The notes under the pieces were generated by a model. The model worked only from the letters and a program-made list of their open reading frames with translations. It was not told the origin of the DNA and ran no database searches. Source: a virus. Taken from it: a DNA stretch of 64,000 nt. The translations under genes were made by a program, and so were the position numbers. Below are positions 27,236 through 37,056 of the stretch, piece by piece. Location of the stretch: IMG/VR virus record IMGVR_UViG_3300046714_000236, positions 1 to 64,000 of that record. One strand, 5' to 3'. Numbering within the stretch: the stretch's first letter is position 1; the number at the start of each line of letters is the position of its first letter.

Positions 27236-28854
27236 GCGGGAGTGAGCCGGAACTGGATCGCATAATTCGCCGCGCTGTCCGCGACGAGATCAGTCGTGGG
27301 ATCGATCGTGCTCGGAGGTGGCGCCGCCGCGCTGATCGCCGTCGTGAACGTCGCCGGGTGCGTGTTGCCGAACACGAGCGATCCGTTCATCGCCGCGATC
27401 ACCTGCGTCGTGTACGCGACCATCTGCGCCGCCGTGCCACTCACCTTGCCGATGAGCACGTAGAACACACCCGCAACGAGCTCCCAATTCCCGCCCGCCG
27501 CAGGAGAGAACTTACTTGAACCGGTGCCGAGCGGATTCGCGTCGAAGTAGCCGATCAGATTCGCGACACCCGAGCCGCCGCCCGTCGCTTGATAGATCGC
27601 CATCACGACACGCGGCGAACCGGTCGCGAGCGTGCACCGGATCGCGATCTTCTCGACGTTGCAATCGCGCGAGAGTTTGAACGCGCCGCCTGCGAACGTG
27701 CTCGACAGTGTGCGCGTTGCGTCGATGGTGACGCCCTGCTCGGGGAGCGGGATGATCTCCGAAGTTTCAAGCGGCTCACCACCCTGGAAACCCTGGAACC
27801 CTTGGAAGCCCTGCCGTCCCTGGATCCCCTGGAAGCCCTGCGCTCCCTGCGATCCCGTCGTGCCCTGCAGCCCTTGGAATCCTTGCCGCCCCTGAAAGCC
27901 TTGGAGCCCTTGCAGGCCGATCGCTCCCTGCGATCCCGTGCCGCCTTGCGCGCCCGTCGTGCCCTGCACGCCGATCGATCCTTGGCGACCCTGGAAGCCC
28001 TGCGCACCGGTGCCGCCGACCGCGCCCTGCGAACCTTGCCCGCCTTGCGCGCCTGCGCCGCCCTGGACGCCTTGCTGTCCTTGCACGCCCTGCGCACCCT
28101 GCGAACCTTGCGCGCCATCTGCAGGGCCCTGAGCGCCTTGCGCGCCCTGAGCGCCGCTGCCCTGCGTGCCCTGGAAGCCTTGCAGCCCCTGCGCGCCGGT
28201 CGTGCCCTGGAAGCCCGCCCCCTGCGTCCCCTGGAAGCCCTGCACACCGGTCGAACCCTGGAAGCCCTGCCGTCCCTGAAGACCCTGCAGACCCTGAGCA
28301 CCAGTGCTGCCAGCTGCACCCTGCGCACCGGTCGACCCTTGCAGCCCTTGCGCGCCCGCTCCCTGCGTTCCCTGAGCGCCTTGCGCGCCGGTCGTGCCCT
28401 GGAACCCCTGAGCGCCGTCCGCGGGCCCCTGAGCGCCTTGTGAGCCCTGCGCACCGGTGCCCGCGTCACCTTGCAGCCCCTGCGATCCCTGAGCGCCCGA
28501 GGTGCCCTGATGCCCCTGCGATCCGGTGACACCCTGGAAGCCCTGCGAGCCCGCGCCGGGAGAACCCTGAGCACCGCTGCCGCCCTGAGCTCCCTGCGCC
28601 CCTTGCGAACCCGCACCCGTGACGATGATCAGCCATCGCCCTGGATCGCTCGCCTCGATGTCGTTCGGTTTGATGACGGTCGATCCATCGTCCGCGTCTT
28701 CGCTCGCCGCGTCCCACTCGTAGAAGTTCGCACCCGCAACGCGTGCGAGCATCCCCGTCGCGAACTGCGAGCTCGGTGCCGCCGTGCGAAGAGCCGCGAC
28801 CGAGTCAGCCGCGATCGCCGCCTTCGACGGCGCGCCTTCAAAGTAAAGGGTCAT
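27232..28854 (-). CDS. Long collagen-like fibre protein
   Basis: Paralogous N-domain followed by ~280 aa of G-X-Q/G-X-T triplets. Confidence 0.88.
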   Translation of the reverse strand: MTLYFEGAPSKAAIAADSVAALRTAAPSSQFATGMLARVAGANFYEWDAASEDADDGSTVIKPNDIEASDPGRWLIIVTGAGSQGAQGAQGGSGAQGSPGAGSQGFQGVTGSQGHQGTSGAQGSQGLQGDAGTGAQGSQGAQGPADGAQGFQGTTGAQGAQGTQGAGAQGLQGSTGAQGAAGSTGAQGLQGLQGRQGFQGSTGVQGFQGTQGAGFQGTTGAQGLQGFQGTQGSGAQGAQGAQGPADGAQGSQGAQGVQGQQGVQGGAGAQGGQGSQGAVGGTGAQGFQGRQGSIGVQGTTGAQGGTGSQGAIGLQGLQGFQGRQGFQGLQGTTGSQGAQGFQGIQGRQGFQGFQGFQGGEPLETSEIIPLPEQGVTIDATRTLSSTFAGGAFKLSRDCNVEKIAIRCTLATGSPRVVMAIYQATGGGSGVANLIGYFDANPLGTGSSKFSPAAGGNWELVAGVFYVLIGKVSGTAAQMVAYTTQVIAAMNGSLVFGNTHPATFTTAISAAAPPPSTIDPTTDLVADSAANYAIQFRLTPA

Positions 28855-29636
28855 GGCGTGTACTTCACGTCGAAACAGAAGTCAGCGTCGACGAGCGATC
28901 CGCCCGCGTCCGCGCGTTCGACCACGAAGCCCGTAGCTCCCTCATCGCGCACCGAGCACGAGCCGCCCGGAATACCTCGCGCGGTTGCGATCACCACGAA
29001 CGTGTCCGTCGGCATGTCGCGCGCAAATGTGATCCGCACCTGACCGACATCGAGTCGCTCGGGTGTCGCGTTCATCGCGTTCACCACCGTCGCCGTGACG
29101 CCGTCGTTCGCGATCCGTCCGTGGGCGTAGCTCTTCGCCTGCCACATCCGGAAGATCGCCGCGAACCAACGGAACCACTCTCGCGACCATCCCTGCGTGT
29201 TGCCCGATGGCTCGATCACGTCGGGGACGTTGTGTTCGAGCATTTCGCTGAACGCAGGACCGCGGCGCGGGAGCTCCGCAGGGTCAGGGTTCAGCGGGAC
29301 GCCAGGCGCGCCCGCGAAGAAAGTGATCCGCACGACGTCGGTGTCGAGCGCGCCGAGTCCTGATCCCGAGTCGACCGCGAGCTGCACTTCGTACGTGCCC
29401 GCGACGTCGATCGGATTGATGAGCGTCGACGTCGCCGTCGGTGTGCTCATGAGCGACGTCGCCTGCGCGCCGGCCACGATGTCGATCGGCTTCGCGATGA
29501 ACGTCCATTCGTACGCGAGGAACGGGCCGCCGCTCGAAGCGACCGAGACCGCGGTCCCCGTGTCGAGATCTTCTCGCGCTTGGCCCGCGACGCCTGCGCT
29601 CTTGCCGCTCTGATTGATCGTGATGGCGAGTGTCAC
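28851..29636 (-). CDS. Virion protein with PKD/Ig-like domain
   Basis: Y.WTF..KP...D..GTYEVQL.V motif. Confidence 0.7.
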   Translation of the reverse strand: MTLAITINQSGKSAGVAGQAREDLDTGTAVSVASSGGPFLAYEWTFIAKPIDIVAGAQATSLMSTPTATSTLINPIDVAGTYEVQLAVDSGSGLGALDTDVVRITFFAGAPGVPLNPDPAELPRRGPAFSEMLEHNVPDVIEPSGNTQGWSREWFRWFAAIFRMWQAKSYAHGRIANDGVTATVVNAMNATPERLDVGQVRITFARDMPTDTFVVIATARGIPGGSCSVRDEGATGFVVERADAGGSLVDADFCFDVKYTP

Positions 29637-29677
29637 GAGCAGGAGCGTATCAGAGGTTCCCGCGGGGCGCGCCCGAG

Positions 29678-29697
29678 GACCGACATCGATGTCGGTC
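29678..29697. repeat. 20-bp palindrome copy 5
   Basis: Exact (extends to 22 bp); 2 nt after the stop at 29700. Confidence 0.97.
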
Positions 29698-29699
29698 CG

Positions 29700-29999
29700 C
29701 TAGAGATCTGCCGTCGTGTTCGGGTCCGCGTCTGCGTCCGCCTGCGAGACGCGCCCACCACCGAACCCGAACTGAGCGGAAAGCGGATCGCTGAGATCGC
29801 ACTTTAATCCGAGGAACCACGAGAACGTCGGAAGCGGGGGAGGAAACCCGGGGAGACGAAACGAAACGTTGAACGTGAACCCCGGAAGCCCGAAGCCGCA
29901 GAGACTCGGCCCCGTGGGGCTCGGAGAGAATCCGGCGTCCGCCGACGCGCCCGCTTGATCAGCCGGGCTCGCTGCGTTCTTCGGAGGTGCTTGGCCCAT
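29700..29999 (-). CDS. Pro-rich hypothetical protein
   Basis: ORF track; CATGAT 6 nt before ATG. Confidence 0.6.
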   Translation of the reverse strand: MGQAPPKNAASPADQAGASADAGFSPSPTGPSLCGFGLPGFTFNVSFRLPGFPPPLPTFSWFLGLKCDLSDPLSAQFGFGGGRVSQADADADPNTTADL

Positions 30000-30017
30000 G
30001 CCGGCATCATGGATCGG

Positions 30018-30236
30018 ATGGCCGAACCCACAGAACTAATTTTCGAGACGAACGAAGAAGCCGCGCACTGGTCGCGTTGCTACGCCGCGATGATTCCTCA
30101 CATCATCGTCATGACGCTGCCGCTCTTGAATCCCCTCAAACATCCTGAAGCAGTGGCGCGCGCGTTCGAGAACGCCGCCGCGATCGTAGACATCACGCTC
30201 GTGCACTACCGAAAACGAAACCGCAAGGCGGGCTAA
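30018..30236 (+). CDS. Moron-like hypothetical protein
   Basis: Opposite strand within the tail module; GGCATCAT 7 nt before ATG. Confidence 0.6.
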   Translation: MAEPTELIFETNEEAAHWSRCYAAMIPHIIVMTLPLLNPLKHPEAVARAFENAAAIVDITLVHYRKRNRKAG

Positions 30237-30240
30237 CCCA

Positions 30241-30429
30241 ATGGAACGGTTCATCGTGTTCGAGGAAGCCGATTACGAGGGCGCCAAACTGCCGAGCAAA
30301 GCGAAGAGCTTCGCGACACTCGAAGAAGCGCGCGAGTACGCACGCAGCCCAGAAGCGGCGAGATGGGCCGACCTGTTCGAGATCTTCGACTGCGACGAGC
30401 GCCGCGTTGTCGAGACTCTCACCCGATGA
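30241..30429 (+). CDS. Moron-like hypothetical protein
   Basis: SFATLEEAREYA pattern, common in small phage proteins. Confidence 0.65.
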   Translation: MERFIVFEEADYEGAKLPSKAKSFATLEEAREYARSPEAARWADLFEIFDCDERRVVETLTR

Positions 30430-31441
30430 GCAGCCCGGGAGATCCGATCCCCGGGAGTAGCTGCCCCGTCGGCGTGTTCGGCTTCTGCGTCGCCGTCGCG
30501 AACGCCGCCTGAATCCCCGCGCTCACCGCAGGCGAGATCGGCGTCGTCTGCGCGATCGGGAGCGCCGCGATCAGCTTGTCACTGTTCGCCGTGAGCAGCG
30601 TGAGGATCGCCGCGCCCACTGCTTGCGCCGTCACCGTCGGGATCGGAATCAGGATCGTCGAGAGCGCCGTACCCACCGCGAAGAGCAGCGAGAAGAACGC
30701 CTCCGTTGTCAGCACGTGTTCGAGCGGAGGATTCGCCGCCGTGCTGATCGTGAACACGCCCGGGATGACGAGCGTGCTCTGCTCGGGGCTCGCGTCGCTC
30801 GCGCTCATCGTGAAGATCGCATCTCCGATCTGCAGCACGCCGTGCCGCCCGGTGAAATCGATCTGGAAAAGAAACTCGGGCGGAGTGTCCGCCGTCTGCG
30901 GGCCCTGCACTTGAAACGCATCGGGCGAGATCTGGATCGCCGCGTTCTCCGCATCCTTCAGCGTGATCGATCCGTCGACGGCGATCTGAATGAACGCGCC
31001 CGTGAGCGCGCTCCGCCACGTGATGGGCCCCGCGAACTCTTCGATCGCCGGAGTGCGCCGCCGCTTGAACGCAAAGTTGTTCAGCTTCGGGTCCTGCCCC
31101 GCAACGCTCGTCATCGGGAATTTGTCGATCGCGTTGTTCAGCCGGTGCGTGATCACCGAGTCGCGCTCGCTGCCGCCGACGTGCTCGACGAGCACCTCAT
31201 CGTTCTCGATGAACGGGAAGTATTCCGCCTCGCCATTACCCGCGACGCTCGAACCGATCCGCGCGTACACCTGCCGAAACGACGGATGGAGCGTGACCTT
31301 CACGAACACTTGCCCGCGCTCTTCGTCGAACGTCACCGGGTCGCCGTCGCCGAAGCCGACCGTGCCGTACGAGTTCCAAGAATGCCCGGGCCCGTCGGTT
31401 GCCTCGTGCGCCGTGCGCGCGTCGAACGGGAAGTGCCTCAT
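30419..31441 (-). CDS. Baseplate spike (gpV-like)
   Basis: OB-fold-type YFPFIENDEVLV..GG followed by beta repeats; ATGA coupling. Confidence 0.75.
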   Translation of the reverse strand: MRHFPFDARTAHEATDGPGHSWNSYGTVGFGDGDPVTFDEERGQVFVKVTLHPSFRQVYARIGSSVAGNGEAEYFPFIENDEVLVEHVGGSERDSVITHRLNNAIDKFPMTSVAGQDPKLNNFAFKRRRTPAIEEFAGPITWRSALTGAFIQIAVDGSITLKDAENAAIQISPDAFQVQGPQTADTPPEFLFQIDFTGRHGVLQIGDAIFTMSASDASPEQSTLVIPGVFTISTAANPPLEHVLTTEAFFSLLFAVGTALSTILIPIPTVTAQAVGAAILTLLTANSDKLIAALPIAQTTPISPAVSAGIQAAFATATQKPNTPTGQLLPGIGSPGLLIG

Positions 31442-33213
31442 GAGTTGTCCTCCACGACGACGGGAACCGGCACAGGAGCGAGCTCGCTTTCCGCAGGCGT
31501 GATCTCCTGCCCCTCGGGAAGCGACGCGTCCGCGCGCACTTCCACGTAGTTGATGCACCCCACTTCGAGCTTCACGCCCGAGTCCTGATCCCAATCCGTC
31601 GACACCGTCTTCAGGCGGAACGTGCGCGGGAACCCGATCGCGCTGTACGCCTTCGCGTACGCACCCGCGAAGTCTTCGGAGAACCCGAGCGCGATGAGCT
31701 TCTGCGCCTGCGCACTCTCGCTCGCCACCGCCACCACCGTGTTCAAGTTGTCGTCCTCTTTCGCCTGCGAAGTGATCACGTCGACGGAGTCACCCGGGAT
31801 CGCGTCGAGCATGTCGGGGTCGATGTTGCTGCCGCCGAGCGATCCGAGATTGCGTGTGAGCATCGTCACCGCGATCTCGTTCCGCCCCCACACCTCGTAA
31901 GCGCTCTGAGCGAGAAGCCGGAGCGTGTCTTCGCTGCCGATCCCCGAGACGCGCACGACTTGATACTTCTGATCCGCGTTCTGCCCGGGCAGGAGCTTGC
32001 TCTGTCGATCGATCTTCGCGGGGTACCGCACGACGAGCGTCTTCTTCCGGTCGGGCAGGTACGAACGAACCTCGACGTTGAACGGCGCCGCCTTCGTGAA
32101 GTGCCGCTCCATGTCGTATTCCGAAATGTTCTCGCCGTACAAATAGGTCCGCGATCGGAGCTCCGTTCCGTCGGGCAGGAGCCGCCCCGTGAAGACGTCA
32201 TCCGTGCGCCCCGAGTAGCCCGCCGCGTACAGCGTCCGCGCGCGCTGCACGATCACCGTCGTCCCCTCGATGCGCACCGTGTGCCCGAGCGCGCCCACGA
32301 CGTCCGTGATGTAGTCCCACGTGCTGAGCTTCTGCGAGCTCGCTGCCCCCGCGCCCGCGCCGCCCACCGGCGTGGGCCCGAGCTTCGGGGGATAGGCGTT
32401 CCGCCCGAGCACTGTCGCGAGGTTCGGGATCTTGCTCCGCGCCACTGCAGGCCGGTACTCCACCGAGAACCCGCGGAGCTGTGGGAACGCGCTCATGTAC
32501 GTCGCGATCGCAAGGTCGATCGGATCGTCGACGCCGATGTAAAGACGCGGCGGAGCTTCCTGCTCGATGAGGATCCGCGTGTTGTCCGTGCACGAGAGCT
32601 CGATGATGGGCGCACCGTCGTTCGGTCGCGAGTTCCGCCAAATGTCGACCCACCCTTGAAAGCGGAGGTTCGTGCGCTGCTGCCTGCCGTCGAAGTACGT
32701 GTCCGGGATCACGTTGTACGGGAGCTGCAGCCCGTCGCTCGTCGCGTTCGCCCGGATGTTCCCCGCCACACCGAGCGCGTACTCGTCGGCGCTCACCGTG
32801 CCGAGGAAGTACTCCACCGCGCACGAGCGGATCGGCCGCGGATCGATCGGCAGATCGAGAAAGCTGATCGTCGCCTTCAGCTGATCGGCGATGCGGATCC
32901 CGTTGCGATCGTGCCGCGCGTTCTTCGGGATGATCCCGTCGATCACGTGCGTGAGCCCGTCGTCGCTCGTCGTCTGCTTCTGCGGGCCGAGCTTCTCACC
33001 CGGCGTGTCCCCTTCCCCGAGGAGCACGAACCCGGAACCGTCCTGCACCACGCGGAGCTTCGTCGTCGCGCCCGAGTCCTTCACGCCCGTGCGGTTCTGG
33101 CTCGGGAGCGTGGGAGGCTTCGGCGTTCCGGGCGCGCCGTAGTCTTCGAGCCGGATGATGAGTCTCAGGCGCGCGCTCGGGTAGTAGCCGCCCTTGTCGA
33201 ATCCGAAGGACAC
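31438..33213 (-). CDS. Baseplate hub (gpD/Mu gp44-like)
   Basis: FQGWVD, ELSCTD and VEVRSY motifs; position before the spike. Confidence 0.75.
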   Translation of the reverse strand: MSFGFDKGGYYPSARLRLIIRLEDYGAPGTPKPPTLPSQNRTGVKDSGATTKLRVVQDGSGFVLLGEGDTPGEKLGPQKQTTSDDGLTHVIDGIIPKNARHDRNGIRIADQLKATISFLDLPIDPRPIRSCAVEYFLGTVSADEYALGVAGNIRANATSDGLQLPYNVIPDTYFDGRQQRTNLRFQGWVDIWRNSRPNDGAPIIELSCTDNTRILIEQEAPPRLYIGVDDPIDLAIATYMSAFPQLRGFSVEYRPAVARSKIPNLATVLGRNAYPPKLGPTPVGGAGAGAASSQKLSTWDYITDVVGALGHTVRIEGTTVIVQRARTLYAAGYSGRTDDVFTGRLLPDGTELRSRTYLYGENISEYDMERHFTKAAPFNVEVRSYLPDRKKTLVVRYPAKIDRQSKLLPGQNADQKYQVVRVSGIGSEDTLRLLAQSAYEVWGRNEIAVTMLTRNLGSLGGSNIDPDMLDAIPGDSVDVITSQAKEDDNLNTVVAVASESAQAQKLIALGFSEDFAGAYAKAYSAIGFPRTFRLKTVSTDWDQDSGVKLEVGCINYVEVRADASLPEGQEITPAESELAPVPVPVVVEDNS

Positions 33214-33440
33214 GCCCCGAGCTTACACGTCACCCGAGCACGATGGGCTCGAAGTCCGCGCAGCCCCAATCCGGCGAGACGGATCCCGTGATGTTGTTCA
33301 TCGCATCGCAGCCGGATCGGAACGGAGCTGCACGAAGTGCGTGCACTCGTCGCAGCGCACGCGGCTGAATGTCATGTCGGCACCAAGCCCCGTCATCATG
33401 CAGAGCTTCGGCCTTCTGTCGTTCACGATGTCGAGCGGCA

Positions 33441-33578
33441 TCAACGCGCCTTCGGGTGCGCCTTGAAGTATTCGACCTGCCCGAGCCGCTTCGCCGCCTT
33501 CTTCTTCGATCGGTACGTCCCGAGGTTCTTCCCGCTCTTCGACGTGACCTGAAACTTCGCGCCCTTCTTTTTGATCAC
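33441..33578 (-). CDS. Small very basic protein
   Basis: KSGKNLGTY.S...A.KRL.QVEYFK; GGGAGAG RBS. Confidence 0.65.
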   Translation of the reverse strand: MIKKKGAKFQVTSKSGKNLGTYRSKKKAAKRLGQVEYFKAHPKAR

Positions 33579-33589
33579 GGCTCTCCCTT

Positions 33590-33802
33590 TCAACGATGGC
33601 GAGGCATGAGCGGCCACGGGCCCCACGGCATCGCGATGCCGAAGAACGACGCGACAAGCCCGAGGAACCACAGGGCCACGACGACGATCGCGATCACCCG
33701 CACGGCCTGCTTCAGCCGCTCGTTGCCCGGCATGAGCACGAGCAGTCGATCGCCACCCCAAACCAAAACGGCGAGCACGAGGATCGCGAGGAGGATGTTC
33801 AT
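33590..33802 (-). CDS. Two-TM membrane protein
   Basis: Two hydrophobic helices; GGCATCCT 7 nt before ATG. Confidence 0.7.
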   Translation of the reverse strand: MNILLAILVLAVLVWGGDRLLVLMPGNERLKQAVRVIAIVVVALWFLGLVASFFGIAMPWGPWPLMPRHR

Positions 33803-33866
33803 GGGTCCGAGGATGCCACAGGAAACGATTTGATGAACTCTTCGACGATGCCGCACGCTTCTTCCA

Positions 33867-34145
33867 TCACGGCTTCTTTCCCGACTCCGCTGTCATCCCG
33901 ATCGTCATGTCGCCGCCGATGTTCAACGTCGCCGCCGCGCCGCTCTTGAACGTGTCCGCAATCTTCAGCGCAACGTCCGCCCGCTTCTGCGCTGCGACCG
34001 CATCTTCCGCCATCGCATCCGCGAGCCCTTGCAGGACATGGATCGCACTCGCGTCGAACGTAGCGCCGACAGTGATCGTCGCGTCGCCGAGATTCACGGT
34101 CGTCGTGTGATGCAACGGCCCCGCGGGTTTCTTCTTTGTCGCCAT
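33867..34145 (-). CDS. Hypothetical protein
   Basis: Start MATKKK 6 nt after GGCATCCT. Confidence 0.7.
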   Translation of the reverse strand: MATKKKPAGPLHHTTTVNLGDATITVGATFDASAIHVLQGLADAMAEDAVAAQKRADVALKIADTFKSGAAATLNIGGDMTIGMTAESGKKP

Positions 34146-34162
34146 CCCCCGAGGATGCCGCC

Positions 34163-34182
34163 GACCGACATCGATGTCGGTC
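34163..34182. repeat. 20-bp palindrome copy 6
   Basis: Exact (extends to 24 bp); abuts GGCATCCT. Confidence 0.97.
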
Positions 34183-34304
34183 GGAAAAGGGTGGGCAGGG
34201 ATTCTCACCCTGCGTTCGCGGTATTTGTGCGCACCTATTCCCGCGCTCCGACTAGGCCGGTGCCGGCATCACCGACAAGCCACCCGCGCAATGGAATGCC
34301 GCGC

Positions 34305-35489
34305 TCAATTGAACTGATTCAGGACCACGCGTTGCGGGAGGATGAGCGCGATCCGGGGAGGCGTGATCGTCTGCCCGGGGAGCCCGTTCGCCCGCGAGAG
34401 CTGGAAGCTCAGATCTTCCCCGTACTCCCTGAGCGAGATCGAAAGCATCGTCTCCCCCTGCTTCGGCAGATACGTCTTGATCACGTTCGCGGAACCGATC
34501 GTGCTCGGGTCGCTCGCGCTCGGCCGCGCCTGCGCTCGCCGTAGGGCCGCCATGCGCTGGAACCGGGCACTGGACGCCGCCATGAACTCCGCCTGCGTCT
34601 GCGCCCCGTGATAGTAGGAAGCCGCCCTGAGCAGGCTCCTGACGTCATTGGAGAGGCTCAGCTGCTCGGGCCCCTTCCGAGAGATCGAATCGACGAACTC
34701 GTTCGCGACCGAGACGGCATCGCTCGCCGCCGCCACGACTAGGTTCGCGACCGCGTACGGCTGGTCCCTCGCCGTCTTGATCACGTTGGTCAGGTGCCCG
34801 AGCCGATTGCTCACCGCCTGAGCGAGCCGGGAGAACTGCGACACGAACGCCCGAGGAGCGTCCGCCATGTTCTCCAGATCCCCGAGCGTGAACGTCGACG
34901 CGCTCTTCGGGTGATCGGCGTTCTCCGAGATGATGCGCGACGCTGCCTCGTAGCCCGCTGCCGTCGCTGCCTTCAGGTTCGCGTCCCTTGCCGCCGCGAG
35001 AATGTCGTCCTGCTGATTCGGCTTCTGCGTCGTCGTGTTCCGCCCGGTCCACTCGAAGTTGATGTCCCACTGAATGTCGTTGGAACTGCGGTGCTTGAAC
35101 GTCGTGGTCTCCATGCGACCGAAGCGAGTCACGCGCCGGCCCTCGTTCGCCCACACCACGACGAGCGGCTGCCCTTCGCGCTGAATGCCTTCGAGCGCGT
35201 CGCGGAGCTCGTCTGCGAACACGACGTTGCGAGACGAGCCGCCGTTCTGGGAGAAGAGACACGGCGCCGCGATGAGCCGCGTCGAGTTCCATTCCCCGTT
35301 CCACTTGCTCGGGAGCTCGATGGGAGTGATCACGTGCTGCACGCCGTCGGGGTTACCGGGGTTCCACGTCGTGTCGATCTTCGTGCGGCTGCCCCACTCG
35401 GCCCAATTGAACGGGAGCCCGCCCCCGATGAGATCGACCTGCCGCTTCTTACCGGAGAGCTCGCGGATCGTGATGATGCTCGTCGCCAC
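34305..35489 (-). CDS. Tail tube initiator-like protein with C-terminal LysM-like domain
   Basis: GETMLSISLREYG...LSRANGL; position between tape measure and hub. Confidence 0.75.
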   Translation of the reverse strand: MATSIITIRELSGKKRQVDLIGGGLPFNWAEWGSRTKIDTTWNPGNPDGVQHVITPIELPSKWNGEWNSTRLIAAPCLFSQNGGSSRNVVFADELRDALEGIQREGQPLVVVWANEGRRVTRFGRMETTTFKHRSSNDIQWDINFEWTGRNTTTQKPNQQDDILAAARDANLKAATAAGYEAASRIISENADHPKSASTFTLGDLENMADAPRAFVSQFSRLAQAVSNRLGHLTNVIKTARDQPYAVANLVVAAASDAVSVANEFVDSISRKGPEQLSLSNDVRSLLRAASYYHGAQTQAEFMAASSARFQRMAALRRAQARPSASDPSTIGSANVIKTYLPKQGETMLSISLREYGEDLSFQLSRANGLPGQTITPPRIALILPQRVVLNQFN

Positions 35490-35501
35490 GCGAGGAGGAT
35501 A

Positions 35502-36080
35502 TCACTCGTCGAGCCCGGGCACCGGAGGCGTCAGATCGTAGAGCGCTCGCAGCCATTCGACCGGCACCACGCAATCATCCTGCCCCGAGTGCCGCCGCTT
35601 CATCGCAACGTACTTCGTGACGAACGGCTCGATCGCGAACTCCGTCGCGCACTGCTTCTGCGAGAACTCCCGACAGAGGACCGCGACGTCGAGCGCCGAC
35701 TTGTGCAGCACGTCCTCCCCGAGCAGCTCGGAGAGCTGTGCGAGCGCGAGCGAGAAGATCGACCGAAACCGGATGAGCTGATCGCGCATGAGCGTGACCG
35801 TCGGGATGCCGGTGATCTCCGGGAGCTGCGCCTCCGAGAAGAGCGGCACCGGGAAGAGCCGTTTCTGGATCTCGTTCTCGAACTTGAGCCACTCGCGCCA
35901 AGCATCCCCGCGTGCGTACTTCTCGGCCGTTGCGATGCGAACCATCTCGTCGGCCTGCCACCCCGGCACGAACCGCGCGCCGCAATCGTCACACGACCAC
36001 TCGTCGTGCCGCAGCCCCGCGGACTCTCCGATCACGTGAAGACTCACACGACGGTGCGCACAGGCAGGAACGTCGGACAT
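35502..36080 (-). CDS. Hypothetical protein
   Basis: Start MSDVPAC 6 nt after GGCATCCT; CDDC motif. Confidence 0.65.
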   Translation of the reverse strand: MSDVPACAHRRVSLHVIGESAGLRHDEWSCDDCGARFVPGWQADEMVRIATAEKYARGDAWREWLKFENEIQKRLFPVPLFSEAQLPEITGIPTVTLMRDQLIRFRSIFSLALAQLSELLGEDVLHKSALDVAVLCREFSQKQCATEFAIEPFVTKYVAMKRRHSGQDDCVVPVEWLRALYDLTPPVPGLDE

Positions 36081-36094
36081 GCCCCGAGGATGCC

Positions 36095-36114
36095 GCCCGA
36101 CATCGATGTCGGTC
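36095..36114. repeat. 20-bp palindrome copy 7 (1 mismatch)
   Basis: GCCCGACATCGATGTCGGTC, between a stop codon and GGCATCCT. Confidence 0.95.
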
Positions 36115-36115
36115 C

Positions 36116-36754
36116 TCAGTCCCCGAGCATCTCGCGCATCCAATTGTTCAACTTGGCCTGCATGAACCCGAGCATCTCGAACCACGGCACGCGAGGGGGC
36201 GAGCGCGTGTCGGCGTTCGCGTTGACGATGATCTTCATCCCGACCGCACGGCGCGCCGAGAAGATCACGATCCTGTCGTCCTCGCGAACGGCTTCCTCGA
36301 ACCGGGCTCGAAGATCTTCGATGTCCTTCGCTTCCCACGCCGCCGTCCCGTCGACGACGGAGAGCGAGGGAGCTTCGGGCATCCGCGGCAACTCGTCGGT
36401 GTACGCGCTCCGTTCCAGATCGCGTCGCACCTCGGGCGAGTTCACGATCCGCCTGAAGTTCGCGAGCCCTTCCGCGCGCCGTTCGTCGGTGAGCCTCGGC
36501 CCTTCGTTGATCGTCACCGCCGCGATGCGTTCGACCACGCCCGGCCGCGGAGCTCCCTGCGCTCCGCGCTCGTACGCTTCGGCAGTCTTCGCCGTGAGCG
36601 TGTCGATCAGTGCGAGCAGTTCAGCAAACTCGATCGCGCGATTGCAGACCGCGCACCGCGCGCCTTCCTTCGTGTAGTGCCCCGTCAGCGTCCGCACTTC
36701 GATCCGCCCCGGACACGGGAGCAAGCTTCGCCGGTCGAGCGCCCCGCAGATCAT
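36116..36754 (-). CDS. Hypothetical protein with N-terminal Zn ribbon
   Basis: ATGA coupling; C..C...CAVC. Confidence 0.65.
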   Translation of the reverse strand: MICGALDRRSLLPCPGRIEVRTLTGHYTKEGARCAVCNRAIEFAELLALIDTLTAKTAEAYERGAQGAPRPGVVERIAAVTINEGPRLTDERRAEGLANFRRIVNSPEVRRDLERSAYTDELPRMPEAPSLSVVDGTAAWEAKDIEDLRARFEEAVREDDRIVIFSARRAVGMKIIVNANADTRSPPRVPWFEMLGFMQAKLNNWMREMLGD

Positions 36755-37056
36755 GAACGGAGCTCCGGAAAGATGTTGGTTGGATCCCACTTCACCTCGC
36801 CGCGCTTCACCGCCATCCGCATCCCGAGCGGGGGCTTCACTCGCATGAGCCATTCGGCCATGCCGCCGTTCTTCCACATCACTCCACCGAGCGTCGTCGC
36901 GAACTCTTTGAGCGCCATGTCCGTGCGCGTCTTCAGCGCTGCGATCCGCGCGTCCCTCGGTTGCATGAAGACCAGCGCGTCCATCGCGTACCCGACCTTC
37001 CGCGAAAGCGCTCGCCTGCGCCTGAGCCGCTGTCGTTCGCGTTCTACTTTTCCCAT
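36751..37056 (-). CDS. Hypothetical protein
   Basis: Co-oriented, overlapping neighbours. Confidence 0.6.
   Translation of the reverse strand: MGKVERERQRLRRRRALSRKVGYAMDALVFMQPRDARIAALKTRTDMALKEFATTLGGVMWKNGGMAEWLMRVKPPLGMRMAVKRGEVKWDPTNIFPELRS

Noticed and set aside
26680-28620. Short tandem repeats as a non-coding array or DGR
   Set aside because: Explained by collagen triplet coding; no reverse transcriptase was seen.
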